Assembly: GCA_000182565.2 (NCBI GenBank)
Contig: KQ257457.1
Length of the DNA: 64,000 nucleotides
Strand: one strand, 5' to 3'
Source of the DNA: Spizellomyces punctatus DAOM BR117
Taxonomy: Eukaryota
Part shown: positions 42,973 through 55,900 of the stretch, piece after piece
Numbering within the stretch: position 1 is the stretch's first letter
How the letters are laid out: every line of letters starts with the position of its first letter
Notes under the pieces: generated by a model
Told to the model about the DNA's origin: nothing
What the model saw: only the letters and a program-made list of their open reading frames with translations
Database searches by the model: none
Made by a program: the position numbers and the translations under genes

Positions 42973-45242
42973 ATGCCTTCGACGTCGAGCACAGTTGTAA
43001 CGACGCGGCATTGGCTCCTGTTGTTCTTTGCTTGCACGGTCATGTTTAGCAATTACTACTGGTAAGCTATTTGAGGCTAGTCGCCTCTTCATTACTTTAC
43101 GCCAACTGTTTCTTAATCCATTTTAACCTCCTTTCTACGTGAAAGCTATGATATTCCTGCCGCACTCAACGTCCCCTTACAAAAGTGGCTTTCGTCACCT
43201 TACGACAAATATCAATGGCAGATAAACTTACTTTACTCCGTCTACTCCCTTCCCAACATAATATTGCCGCTTATTGGTGGAATGTTGGTGGACAGTATGA
43301 GTGCCAGTACCATGTTGATGATATTTGCATCGCTTGTGTGTATTGGACAAGCTCTGTTCGCGTTTGGGGTGTCGTCCCGGATTTTTGAGGTGATGGTTCT
43401 GGGAAGAGTGATATTTGGCGCCGGTGGGGAGAGCTTGGAGGTGGTGAGTTTCAGTCGTGTATTGGTTGTATGAGGGTAAAAGGAATGGGCAGGATCCGTT
43501 GACAAGAGATTCTTTTCCGTGTTATTTGTGGGTATAGGCTACGTCGCGAATCACAACTGATTGGTTCAAAGGCCGAGGTTTGGGCTTTGCGATGAGTCTT
43601 CACCTCTCAATGGCTCGTATTGCAGCAGCATCCAACGATAATCTCTCGCCCTGGTTGGCGGAGCATACGTCTACGCCAACTGCAGTATGGTTCGGTTTTA
43701 TCGTGTGTCTACTTAGTAGCGTATGCGCTATTGCCATGATATACTTGGACCGACCCACATCCCGGTTTGCGGCTGGCGTTGTCGTCGAAATGGACTCTTC
43801 TCGCCGACAGCGACAGAAACGCAGATTGGGAAGCGAGGACGAGCGTCAGCCGTTACTTGTTAACGACGCTAATGGTACGCATTCACGACGACCTAGCGTG
43901 GAGGACGGATGTCTGGGAAGCCCTTTGGTCGATCAGGGTTCTTTTTGTGATGATGGATCTTCGGAAGAGGAATACGATGAAGAAGATGAAACCGTGCATT
44001 TTTCTCAATTGAGGGGATTGAGCTGGTCCTTTTGGATGCTCTGTTTGGCGACGATTGGATTATATGGTGCGCTACCTATGCATCTGAGGTTGTAGGCAGT
44101 GTATGGTTTCTTTTAACAGCGCCCTTGTCACTTGTTAGGTTCGTCCGTTCCCTTCTTCCATATTTGTACAGACTGTGAGTGATTTGGAGGGCACCCACGT
44201 TAATGACTGGGTCTAATGATCTATTCTAGTCTTTCAGCAAAAGTGGTATCCAAATGACTCGCAAAGAGCGGGAATGGGTAATTAAGTTGTGCATCGTTCT
44301 CTGCGTATTTCGCGAGTGCCCTAATTAGGTGGAATCATAGTCATGTCCATTCCAGACTTGGTCTCTGCTGTTGGCTCACCACTCTGCGGTCTCTTTATCG
44401 ATCGATTCGGTCATCGAAGTACTCTCTTGCCCATATCCGGTGTCCTTGTCCTCATTACCCACGCCCTTTTATGCTGGACCGACATCACGCCCATCTTTCC
44501 CATGTCTATTCTAGGAGTCGCGTACTCCATTTTTGCATCTGCACTATGGACATGTGTGCCTTATCTGGTTGGCAGCCATCAGATTGCGACCGCATACGGA
44601 TTGGTTGCGGTAGCACTTAATTTATCCCTTGCATTGTTCCCGCTTGCGGTAGCGCGAATACGGAATGCTCACCCCGAGACATTTGTAGAGGTTGAAATAT
44701 TCTTTATGGTTCTGAGCTTTGCTGCCATAATCTTGTCATTGGGATTATATGCGATTGATGCACGAAACGGTTGGGTTCTCAAACACCACCGACATGTGCC
44801 ACGACCGGGACTAGGTAGCAAACCGGGTGAAGGACCCTTACCTGAGGTGGATGGCGAGCTGGAGGAGGAGGCATATGGAAGTATGGATGAAGATGACCTT
44901 ACTATTAAGGTAGTCGGCGACGGCGTCATCGTACCAGCTCCCCATACCCACATCCACCATCATCATCATCACCACCACCGATCATCCGGCCCTGGAGATC
45001 GACGATGTCGGTGCGCGGAAGACAATGGGAGGAAATCACCTGTTCCCAGTGTAACGGACGGATGGCCCCATGACGCAGGACCCCAAAGTAATAAGCGAAG
45101 AACGTCGCGGTCTCCAAGACGGAGGGAGAGAAACGAAAATGGATCTCCTATTCGCAGGGAAGAATTATATCGCCGTGCTGGTAGATATAGTGGGGAGGAT
45201 GACGAGAACAGCGGTGCTGGGGACTCTGGCGACAGCGGGTAG
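42973..45242 (+). CDS. Major facilitator superfamily transporter, MFSD1-like (vacuolar/lysosomal)
   Basis: Spliced NYYC/YDIPAALN, LYSVYSLPNI, GRVIFGAGGESL, DWFKGRGLGFA, GLFIDRFGHR, ASALW, ATAYG; acidic dileucine ERQPLL; His-rich tail. Start codon uncertain. Confidence 0.85.
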
Positions 45243-45948
45243 AGCGCATTAAAAATATTATCTGTATTTAAATCCAACCACAATCTGATTGCTTGCTGCA
45301 AATTGTTAATCACTTTCGCCATGACAATCTGACCATATGTGTAAGCTGCAACTGTGCTGCACATTAAGTGGCACTAACTTTGTTGGCCGAGAGATTGGGC
45401 AGCCTTTTGATTATTTCAAGGTGAAAATATCAGGACGCCGTGAGAGTCACGTTTTCGTTATCAAAATTAAGCATCACAAAACCAGATATGCGATAACCCG
45501 ATGACCCCAAGTTGACCCTTAACAGGTTCAAACTTCTCGTGCTCTCTGGACAGTTCTCAAGATGTTCTCAGCATCTCACCCACAGCGCGTGTGACTAAGC
45601 ACCTTACGCGCCAGATGACAAAGCCAAGGCCCGCCGTGGGCCTCCGGGAGGATTTGGGGGTTTGTTTGCCTTCTTTTTGGATGTGTCGAAGATAGCGCGA
45701 GACTTGGAACGCGACCTTTGGGGGCGACGGATTTGTTTTTGTGGTAACATGCGATTCCGTATGAGAAATCCTTTATTTTTCTTAATCCTTGGATTTTTTT
45801 GGCCTCCTCTTGCCTGAGCTTCATTGCGGTTGCTTTCCATCTTCCTCGAGTGAAGTGGAGGGCAAGACATATTTAGAAGCATAGATACACACAAGGAAAT
45901 ACAAGTGTTCACAAGCTGGGGACGCAACTACGCAATTATACCGGTAGA

Positions 45949-47727
45949 ATGTTGACATCCGACCCAACCCACGCCGCAGCCGAAGCACTTGTGACGTTTC
46001 ACTCAGCGCCCGTCCATCAACGTTCTTCTCACACACCTACCTCTGGTGGAGTGAGTGATACACAAATACCAGTATATAGATCATTGCTGTCATCGCCGGC
46101 AGTTCAGCCTCCAACGCTCCCTGCGCCAACCTATACGACGCGCCCTCGACTTTGTCGCAAGCCTTCAGTGCCACAAATTGCGACAGATTCCCCAGTGACC
46201 GACAAACCGATGGACTGGGGTCTTGATTCAAATGGCGTTCGTGGGACTGCGACCAGTCCGCAATCGGGGTCGTCTGTCCAGGTCGATCAAAGCCTAGGAC
46301 TCGGCCCTGTTGACGAACTCACCGATGAAATCTGTGACCGCTTTCAATCTCTTCGGTCAGACATTATGGCCGTTGATGGGTCGATGGACTTGGAAGCTTA
46401 CCAGCTAGCCGCTTACGATTTGCAGCTGCAACAAATGAAGGAGGAGGAAGAACGGGCTCGCCAAGGACGGGGCAAGTCCAGCAAGGACGGCCAAAGCAAG
46501 AATGATTCCATTGACTCCCCCTCAGCAGCATCGACAAAATCACGCAAATACGCAATGCTTCATTTGCCACGCCGACGTCACCCAGTAAAGCTCAAACCCC
46601 TCTCACCCGAGGCCATTGAACAGGCCAAAGTCCAACCCGACGATAGAGGTTTGCTCAAACCTCCCACATCGCAAAAAGTCCCTTTACCGTCGATCAGGTC
46701 CATTCTTTCGACGAGTGGACCGCGTGTAGTTCGTGTGATTCCCCCGGCCGTCGCTCCGGCAGCTGGACCCGTCATGATGAACAAACCTTTCACAGCAGAT
46801 GCTGCAGCTTATATTGCTTATCGATCTCATCCAGATGCCATGCTGTCCGATGAGGAGACAGTTTCAAGTTGCTGTTCTACGCCTCAAATGACATCCCCCC
46901 AGCCTATAAGGCGGCCCTACCTTCCCCCGCCCACAAGAACGAGAATCTCATCGTTAGAACCCATCTCTTCCACGGCTTCAAACGGTATGGTCGTAAGGGG
47001 AGATCAGATCTTGCCATTCCATCATCCGGGACCTTCGCGGCGATATAGCCAATCCGCACCTTCTGGTGAGCTCATGATCCAAGGCAACGATCATTCTGTC
47101 GTAGTCCCAGTCAAAAGGGTTCACGTCCCTGATCCGCTGGATGATATCCTTCAACAACAACATCAGCACATTCAAGAACTCCATCATCAGAACATGTGGC
47201 TCCAGCACCAGTTGGCCCAAGTTCAAGCTCAAGGACAACAACAGAAGAAGAAGCCACTACCTCCCAACAAATCTGTTTCTCAGGCTACCCCGGCCTTAAC
47301 TATAACGCCAGCCCCACATCGTCGCCCGTGCACACCATGCCCACATCACCATCACCATCACCAACCTGTCGCTCCACATTACAAACACGCTCATCCGCAT
47401 AGCAGCACTACAATATTAGTACCCGCCCCGCCTCATAAGAAGAAGCCTTACTCCATCGTTCCCGCACCCACTGACCAGCACCAGTCTTTGCTACAAAATC
47501 ACCATTACCCCGAAGACCATCTCCTCCCTTCCCCGGCATCGTCGTCTACTCCGCCGTCACCTCGAGACGAAGACCAACAACACGGGCAGACGAGTATGAC
47601 GGTGTATCAACAACCACAGCAATCACAACAACAGCAGCAGCAGGAACATCCTGGGCATACAAGACAGACATTGGAAAAGCTTGGCGAGTTTCTAAATAGG
47701 AGGACCTCGGCATCTAAGAGCCGATGA
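45949..47727 (+). CDS. Intronless low-complexity (Pro/Ser/Gln/His) protein, possible transcriptional co-regulator
   Basis: 592-aa open frame with no recognisable globular domain; short motifs AAAEALVTF and LPSIRSIL. Confidence 0.65.
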   Translation: MLTSDPTHAAAEALVTFHSAPVHQRSSHTPTSGGVSDTQIPVYRSLLSSPAVQPPTLPAPTYTTRPRLCRKPSVPQIATDSPVTDKPMDWGLDSNGVRGTATSPQSGSSVQVDQSLGLGPVDELTDEICDRFQSLRSDIMAVDGSMDLEAYQLAAYDLQLQQMKEEEERARQGRGKSSKDGQSKNDSIDSPSAASTKSRKYAMLHLPRRRHPVKLKPLSPEAIEQAKVQPDDRGLLKPPTSQKVPLPSIRSILSTSGPRVVRVIPPAVAPAAGPVMMNKPFTADAAAYIAYRSHPDAMLSDEETVSSCCSTPQMTSPQPIRRPYLPPPTRTRISSLEPISSTASNGMVVRGDQILPFHHPGPSRRYSQSAPSGELMIQGNDHSVVVPVKRVHVPDPLDDILQQQHQHIQELHHQNMWLQHQLAQVQAQGQQQKKKPLPPNKSVSQATPALTITPAPHRRPCTPCPHHHHHHQPVAPHYKHAHPHSSTTILVPAPPHKKKPYSIVPAPTDQHQSLLQNHHYPEDHLLPSPASSSTPPSPRDEDQQHGQTSMTVYQQPQQSQQQQQQEHPGHTRQTLEKLGEFLNRRTSASKSR

Positions 47728-47994
47728 AATGCTCCTCAGTAACGGCAGTTTGTTTTGCGCATTCTTCTTTCATTATTTTTCACACCTACGGCTTTACTGT
47801 CCCTGGAAGACGTACAACAACATATATATTCCATCAAGGAAAACATAACCTCGAAATGAAAACCTTAGAGAAACAAACATAATTTATGGGAGGGATGGGA
47901 GGATTTAGGAACATGATCTGGTGGGGTGTAGAATTGGTTACTAGTTGCATTCTTATATGAACAAACATTGTTATGTGTTTTGTCCTTGTTGATT

Positions 47995-48040
47995 TTGTAA
48001 TATATGCGTTACGCCGCTTGTAATATATGCGTTACGCCGC
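47995..48040. repeat. Perfect 23-bp tandem duplication (TTGTAATATATGCGTTACGCCGC x2)
   Basis: Directly visible, between the convergent 3' ends of the 592-aa gene and SEC62. Confidence 0.9.
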
Positions 48041-48116
48041 CATAGTTTAAAAATATTGATGCGCGATCATAGCCTATGGAGCTTTGACTCCTCATGATTA
48101 TTGATTTCTGCATACA

Positions 48117-49089
48117 TCAATCATTCTTATCATTTTCCTCCCCAAAACCCTCATCATCCCGACCCGCAGTACCCTCGCCATCCCCTTCGCTTCCAGATGA
48201 CTTGATGGTTGCCGTTTTCTTTTTTGACGTCTTTTTCTCGTCCCATCTGAGAGGGGAAAAAAGGATCACATACAATAAGTTCTCTGAGAAGTTTGACGTC
48301 TCCAGTGAAATGATTCTTACCCCCACAATGGCCTGAAGCTATCAATGATGCCTACATCCGCAAATAAATTGGGATATAACCATCCGTCCCGCCCGGTTGC
48401 AACTTTCAGTACGATCCACAGCACAAGCCGGAACACCACCAACCCCATAAACACGCCCATGAGACCCAACATTCCCAAAGAAAGGTAATAGACCCCTTGT
48501 CTTAATGTGGCGGGCCAGAGAGGGAACATAACTCCCGCCAATGTGACGAGCAAAACAGCCATTCCGATTAGCATGCCCTTAAGTTGAGAGCCCTCATATA
48601 CCCATGCGTAATACGCATCAGGTTCGAAAAGCTGAACGTTGTGGACATTCAAATGCTTTGATTTTGGAGCTTTTTCAATCCGGACGAAAAAGCCATAAGT
48701 AAATAGCTTTGACAAAAGGGCTTCGCCCTCTGAACGGTCTGACACGGACGGTCGCTTCGCGTTCTTCTTGTAAGGCTCTCTAAGCACAGCGTTCACGGCG
48801 TGCTTTCCTTTTCATCCATGTCAGAATCAGATAAAGGGCAGGGTGAACACAGACATAGGCTAAACCACCTTTGAAATAGTCCACACGTCGTCCGCTCAAG
48901 ATCCCTTGCCGAATCTTTAACTTTGATTCACCACTTCGAAGGAAGTCTGCAACCAGCAGTATGTCCTTTGGGACGTTTTTCAGTGACTGCTGAGACTGTA
49001 ACGTTATGTATTCATCAGAACGAGAGAATGAGAGTGAAAAAATGCCAGGCGCCACCGCGTAGCTGAGATTACCCACTCACCGTTGCCAT
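48117..49089 (-). CDS. SEC62: ER translocation protein Sec62
   Basis: RVDYFKG/KHAVNAVL, YYAWVYEG, VMFPLWP, WLYPNLFADVGIIDSFRPLWG/WD. The first exon is 9 nt (ATG GCA ACG). Confidence 0.93.
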
Positions 49090-49328
49090 TGCGCTAAAGT
49101 CTAGAAGATCAAGAGGTCTTCCAGTGTGGGATTGGGGGAAAGGTGCCGAAGCAATGGAGTACCGACAGTGCGCGACGGGGCGGAAAGTGATGGAACTCAA
49201 TTGGCGAGAGAGTTTACGGTCACATCGACGATGCTCCGTTGCTGCTGCTTAGCAGATAGTCACTGTGCCAACCTGACTTTGAAATGTGGGGGACCCTCTG
49301 AGCTTTCCTTTCGACCTTCTTTTAGACG

Positions 49329-50165
49329 ATGCAAGAATCAAGCAGGCACAAGAGCTATTCACAGCAACAGCACTCCTCCCCCTCCTCCTCCTCCGCTTCC
49401 TCTCGTTATCCTCCCCGCAGCAGTTCACGGACAACTCCGCCTCCACACTCCTCGTCTTCGTCGGGTCGCCCTCACCCTCCTGACCACTACAAGTATCACA
49501 CTCCTCCCCCACCACCACCTTCTTACACCTCGCACCGCTACGACAAGTCGCTTTCAGAGAGACGATATTCTGACAATCATAACAGATACCGAGAATATTC
49601 CAGATATAACCCATATTCCGCGGACCGATCACGAGACTCACCCGGATATTACCGGCACCACCACCAAGACGACTATCGATCTCACGAACGAGAGTGGGAT
49701 TCTCGATATTTAAGGGATTCGTCCTATAGTAGGAGGTCACCTCCTCCACAGCAACGTCCACCAACTTCATCTAGTGGGGCGAGCAGTAGCCGGTATCCAG
49801 ACAGTCATGGATATACACCGGTAAGGTCGGAGAGCAGACGAGCGTCGCAACACACACATCCGCAGACATCTCCTGTACACCAGCAATCGCAGCAAAGAAG
49901 AGTACCTCGTTTAGAAGATCTCCCCGAACCTTTGAGAGTGGCCTGGAGCGAAACGACTGATAAGGAAGCCGAGCGATGGGCAGAAGCGGCAAAACGTCTA
50001 GGATTTGAAGAGGACAAAATCCGCGCGCAGGAACGAAGAATAAAGTTCGAGTTGTGGATGGCGGATTGGGAAGTGGAAAAGTGGGAACATCAATTAGACA
50101 TTATAAATAAGCAGTTGGAGGAACATGACAAAAGTTTGGCAAGGTTGCAGCATATTACGGAATAG
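49329..50165 (+). CDS. Arg/Ser/Tyr/Pro-rich protein with a C-terminal coiled coil, function unknown
   Basis: 278-aa ORF with biased composition and helical C-terminus (FELWMADWEVEKWEHQLDIINKQLEE), divergent from SEC62. Confidence 0.65.
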   Translation: MQESSRHKSYSQQQHSSPSSSSASSRYPPRSSSRTTPPPHSSSSSGRPHPPDHYKYHTPPPPPPSYTSHRYDKSLSERRYSDNHNRYREYSRYNPYSADRSRDSPGYYRHHHQDDYRSHEREWDSRYLRDSSYSRRSPPPQQRPPTSSSGASSSRYPDSHGYTPVRSESRRASQHTHPQTSPVHQQSQQRRVPRLEDLPEPLRVAWSETTDKEAERWAEAAKRLGFEEDKIRAQERRIKFELWMADWEVEKWEHQLDIINKQLEEHDKSLARLQHITE

Positions 50166-50216
50166 CTTGAATACGAGCGATTTCTTGAAACAATATATAT
50201 ACATGTGTGCACGTCG

Positions 50217-51838
50217 TCAAGGCTGCTCATGTATCTGTATTTCTTCTCCATCTCCTTTTCCTACCAATTGCCCATAATAGGCAACAAGGGCTTTCGGTCT
50301 TCCGTTTAGAAACTCCTGTTCTAACTCGCAGACGGCGTCGCCAGCGTACTCGATCAACTTGATCCCGCACCGTGCCGAAATTAGATAAGCCAGTGAAGAC
50401 CTTGGAGAAAACTGTTCACATGTACCTGCTGCTGATTTACATTTCGAGGCATATATAAGCATATGTTGTCCGATATCTTTCTTGCAGCTTGTAGCAGCTG
50501 TGTTCTGCGACAGGCTGACATATAAGTGTAACGATTGGAAATTGTTAGCGATGGCCAGGAACATACCCGTCAATCGGCAGCATCGTGGGTATGTCATATA
50601 CGTCTGAACTCAAATACTCTGGACCGCCCCATGGTGGTGATACAAACACAGCGTCGGCCTTTGTAAGGGACAGTCAACAGATTTCGATCTCACCACATGG
50701 GAAAAGATAAATCAAAAAAACATACCTGGAGGGTTTCTGCAACTTTCAAAAAGTCACCTAAAATAAACTGAATCTTATCTTCAACACCGTAAATTCTGGC
50801 ATTATTCCGTGCACAGCGGAGCTTGATAGGATCAATGTCAACTGCTATCACTACCAGAAGAGCAAGGTTGAGTGGGTGTTCAGCATGAATGACACATATC
50901 GCTTGACATTTCTCACATACCTTTTTTGCAGGTTTTAGCAAACTGTATTGAGTTTCCGCCAGCCTGTCCGGCAAGAAAATCATTTTTTTAACACCATAAA
51001 GTAATCTTCTCCAATTTAGAGAATAAACTATTACCCCACAAAACCCATCAACAACGGTGTCGCAAGACAATCGCTTCGCATGATACTCTGCCATTTTCTC
51101 GGGCGTCAGGGAGAACCAGCTTTCTGCAAACGAATGCGTCAACAACTATGGTTACATTAAAGGGAACCAAGGAAATCCGCTCACCTTCATCCAACATGGT
51201 ACCTTCATCAAATTTCGAGAAGAGACTATACCGTTGATACCAATACTTGGCCAACCAATCAGGTACATGTTCCTCCTTCCATATATAGTTCTCGTCACTA
51301 TCTTCATAATCTTCGGTGTGAGGCTCATTTTGGGCTGTGCTCCGTTTATCGTCTTGAAATTCGTGCGATTGTGGGGGTACATTTACAGGGGCAAGGTTAT
51401 ATTCATCATCATCAGGTTTGGCTTGAAGGGTAGCAAGGAAAGCGGCTGCTAGGGATGTACTCGTTCCGGATTTCAAGGTATCGCAAGTCTCTGCGTGTAT
51501 GGTATTCAAGTCGGTTCTCTCAGTGTCTTGACAAAGCGGAGCGGACAGAGCCATTTTTCGTCTCCGTCTTCCCCTGGAGCGTTTCCTTCGGGGCCGGCCC
51601 GTGGCAGGTGTCGAAGGAGTTGTTGGAGGAAGCGGAGAACTGGGGTCTTCTCTATAAGCCCCTTCCTCCTCTTCTGTATCGCTGTTATTGGCTGTCGAGT
51701 GAGCGCCGTTCAGCGGGGACTACAAGGTGAATGGTCATGAGTGGACAGAAACTAGCTACTTTCACAAAAATGAATGGAAATCCGAAAGCTGTGGGAAACT
51801 GTACATACAGTGTTGGAGACCCCGTTCTTTGGCGTCAT
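50217..51838 (-). CDS. TGS1: Trimethylguanosine synthase (RNA cap hypermethylase)
   Basis: KYWYQRYSLFSKFDEG, ESWFSLTPE, VVDGFCG, AVDIDPIKL..ARNNARIYGV, VFVSPPWGG. Start at 51838 is inferred. Confidence 0.92.
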
Positions 51839-52382
51839 AGGTAGCATAGAGTGAGATCAAAGATCGTCAGATGGTCAAAGTGACGGGAAAATTGTCAAAG
51901 CTGGGATTCATCAAGATGGTTGGTTGAAATGCATTAAGCACATTCAAATGTATCTTAGGCACGCGTTTAGGCAAAGCTTTCATTACCCAAGCGAGAGTGG
52001 ATGTCGTTTGACTTGGGCATGTTTCTCCTACTCGTTCTCTTTAAGCAATACATGTGAATTGCCGTTCTCCGCTTGACTTTATCGCTGAAAAATGTCCTCA
52101 TTCATCAATTCCTCAGGAGAACAAGTTTGTCTGCCCCTATTCCGACGCTAGAGTAAACTGATGTCGAAGGGTGGCCTTTTGAGCTGAACGTAAACAATAA
52201 CATAGTTGGAGTTTTCCAGTACTAGAATGTGTAGCTTTCCTTGAACAGAGACATTACAAGGTCGCCGGCTTTTCCAGACGCGAGCTGATGACGAATTATG
52301 GGCTTGCCTGTCATGTGCGTGTCACGCTCCCTCCTTGCCCATCATATCAACTCCTAGCGCCCTACCAGACAACTAGCAGAAA

Positions 52383-52915
52383 ATGGCTGAACCAAAGGAT
52401 TCGCATGTATGTTAGGAAATTTTGCTCCGCCCCTTTGCTATATGAAGCAATCCTAAATCACCAACAGCGTCCAACAGGTGAATACGAAGGAGGATATGCA
52501 CCAAACGCCAAAGCAGCTCATCCAGTACGTATCAGCCCTGCTGCCAAAAGCCACACTTTGCCCCTCACATTCTCTGTGGTCCAAACCAGCGTCCAACAGG
52601 GGAATACGCAGATGGATATACTCCAGAGGACCCCGTCTACGCCCGGGTGTCACGTCCAAAGCATTCAGTACAACATCCTTCTAAAGTACATGGAACGCTG
52701 AACACCGTAATAGGCAAAGTAGAGGTATGGACTAAATCCCTCAATAGCATTACGGATACGAAAGGTGAGCATGACTAAAAGAACGTTTGAACAAATAGCA
52801 ATCATTAGGCAAGTTGGTGCATTCCAAAGACTTGACAGCAAGTGGTGCAATCCGTGAAGCATTCGGACAATCCGAACAGGAGCTTCAAAGGTTGAAGAGC
52901 GGTGCTGAGTGTTAA
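52383..52915 (+). CDS. Small 110-aa hydrophilic protein with a CsbD/Hmp1-like C-terminal half, 4 exons
   Basis: Exons 52383-52406, 52468-52524, 52590-52724, 52799-52915; all introns GT-AG and phase 0. Product: MAEPKDSH-RPTGEYEGGYAPNAKAAHP-RPTGEYADGY...HPSKVHGTLNTVIGKVE-QSLGKLVHSKDLTASGAIREAFGQSEQELQRLKSGAEC. Confidence 0.7.
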
Positions 52916-52983
52916 CACGTATGATTTTCATGGGATTGAGATTATGCAGATCGTAGCGCGTAGACATCGTAGTTTGGATGCAG

Positions 52984-55900
52984 TTAGATAGTCCTTGTAT
53001 ATTTCATCTGTACACCCATAACACAAGATCATACTCCACTACCAATATTAGCACCCACCTCCGTACGGCCAACTTTACCCAGCTGCTCTATTAAAGAAGT
53101 CACTTCCAACGTAATCTCACCGGCGGGACTGGCAACCGCTCCAGCCGGAGGTACTGCTCCAGATCCTGGCGTCTTTCGTGCAGTTGGTCCAAGTGCTTGC
53201 GCGGCATCCTTTATGGCACTTTGCGCGTTTTGGGCGGCTTCCCTTTTGGCATGTATGTGTTAGTAGCGTTGTTCACGGGAAGCAGTTCGACATGGCATAC
53301 CTTAGGCCACCAGCACCCAACATCCGCTCAATCACATCCAGCGTTCGGAAGAGCGATCCGCTCAATTGACTGAAGAAGTGACCCGTTCAATGCAGTCAGT
53401 CACAGCAGCGAAAACCCGCACTTCAGCACATCTCCTAGAAGAATTAGAGGCTCACCTGAAAATCTTTAGTACCGTCCCACGCATCTTATCAACTCCCTCC
53501 CGTTCCACATTTCCGAGCTTAAAAAACGATGCTCCGACCTTGACTAGCAATACCAAAGCCTCCTTCAAAACTCCCATCCCGCTAGTTAAAATCTCTCTAG
53601 CTGCATCTGCAGACGTGCTTGGCAGTTGTAACGCTTGTGCGAGTTTTGCAGTGGCTACCTGATACCTTTCATCGATGTAGGATTTCAACTGTGGAAGCGC
53701 CATGGTGTCCGCGTGCGTTACGAGGAGACGAGAGAAGTCGTGCGCAACATAGAGCTGCGTTTGGTAAGTATCGTGACCAACCGAGAGTTGCTGCGCACAT
53801 GGCTAGACTTACCGCAATTAGGTCAAAGCACACCGCAAAATAATCAACCCATCGCTCGTGCTCCAACAGAGCATCGAGATACACCTGATTTGCGTAAGCC
53901 GATATCGTCCTTTCAGATGCAGGTCGTTTGTCTCCGGTTCCGCTTGCGTCACTATCTTGCGCTTCCGCATCCGGGCTTTCAAAGATCTTGATCACCTCGT
54001 CATATGGCACAATCGTTCGGTTGAAGATAGCTTTTGCAAAACGGCTAGTATGATCGAAAAGGACAATAAGCTTGGGAGGTCCTCCGGCAAATGTGTCGAC
54101 GATGGCAGACAACATACATTTCCATTCGAACCATTGGTAATACTAGTCCAGGATCTTCCGCAAGAGCCCTCAATGATAGGCACTTCCTCTCACCGGGGAG
54201 TGCCTTCCCACTTATCCCCGCCAGTAGCCGTCGCCGATCCCCTGTTACCTTGACGCTCCTATCCATTGTGGACACCTTTCCTTTGTTGGCACCTTCCAAC
54301 CCAACAGCAGATGTGGAGGCAGAATTTGCTTCCTGATCCGGACCCTGACCACTCTCAAGGTCTTTAATATCTTCCAGTAATAACTTCTCGACATATTCTG
54401 CCAATATTTTAGTTCGAGAAAAGGCAAGAGGATGGTCGGAATCAGCGGTATCAGCGGCGGGAAGCCATCTAGCGTCGTCGTAAGTAGTCGGAAATAACAT
54501 GATGCCGATGGTTTCAGCGGTATCAGCAAATGATCGGGACGGCGTATCCTCTACAATCTCTGCTAGCTTTAGCCCCAGTGTCAGACCTTTGACAAGGTCA
54601 TGCGGTAGAATCGACCGGACGAAAAGCTGACGGATGATGGAAGTCAGCTTACTGACGCTGTTGGCAGACCATTAAGATTTACGAGAGCCCATACCTGCAG
54701 AGTTTTCCCATTGACATAGTAAGGGTCCATCTCCATTCCTTTACATATCATCCTGTTTTGACATCAATTCAGCATGTTACACTCTCTCGCCTTCCAAGCG
54801 ACTTTCCACCTACTTTTCGGCCTTAACCAAGGTCTCCCATCCACCTTTCAACACATCTGATATAATATTGCAACGCAACAGGGCCATTTCGTATTCCAAG
54901 CGAAGCTTCTGTTTGAGCTAAGAACGAAGAATCGGTGACGAATATCAAACTGATCGAATACTAGGCAGCTACACACCATCCCTGATACGGCCATCACTTC
55001 TCCAAATCCTGGTGGCAAGAAGTACGTCCACATCTCCAATTCACGACGTAGTCTTTCCACTGCGTCCTCGCCTGCGGTACGAAACTCTTCGGAGCTGGGT
55101 GGTGGAATGTTCCATGTTGTCGGTTCAATAGCTGAGCGGGGCGTACAAAGGTCCAATAGTTCTTGCTCCTTTGGGGCTAATAGTCTACCTTCTCGTCTTG
55201 CAGCTCGACAGAGAGATACCACGTCGGAATAGGCAGTTGACATGTCGCGGACATAAATTGATCTCTCTACATCGTGTGCCGCGCCGTCATGTATTGGATC
55301 AAACCTTTACAGAAATGGACCGATGATGGCTCAGCGAGAGAGGGATGTTACGTTATGTTTTCTCAGGCCTACCGGTGAGGAATTACGGGTTCAAAAACTT
55401 CGCCCAATATTGTATGACTCTTCACTTCTCCGACGGCCGACAGCGCATAAAATGTGTCGATATGGCTTTTGGATGGAACAACTGTAAAAAGATCAGGGTT
55501 TAGACGGAGCTGCCAGGTGGCAGGAGTATTCCATGTGCTACCTTTTATCACAGGAGCAGTGTATCCGCTCCCCCATTCTCCAATTAACCGAGCACCTGCG
55601 ACTACGTGGGGTTGTGCATCCGCATTTGCCAGATTGCCCCACTCTGACCCGGGGCACCCAATGAAAATGTCGTCATACGTCTCGCGAGCGGTCGAGACGT
55701 CCGGGGCAAATGACCATGCGCGCCAAGAACGGTCAGACGATGCAGTAGTCAGAATTTCACAGTGTGTGTTGGACCAAGCGAGCTGCTGATCGGTAAGCTC
55801 CTATGTTATGGCCAGAATACATATGACGACGTACCGACTGTATACTCTGACAATGCCCATCAATGCGACCAACAGGGTGCTTAACATATCGCAAATCCCA

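Noticed and set aside
42827-43000. Upstream ORF overlapping the MFS transporter start
   Set aside because: The transcript start is unknown and a GTAAGC donor suggests it may lie in a 5' intron; a regulatory uORF cannot be supported.
47995-48040. 23-bp direct repeat as a CRISPR remnant or target-site duplication
   Set aside because: Only two adjacent copies with no spacer or intervening element; a simple tandem duplication.
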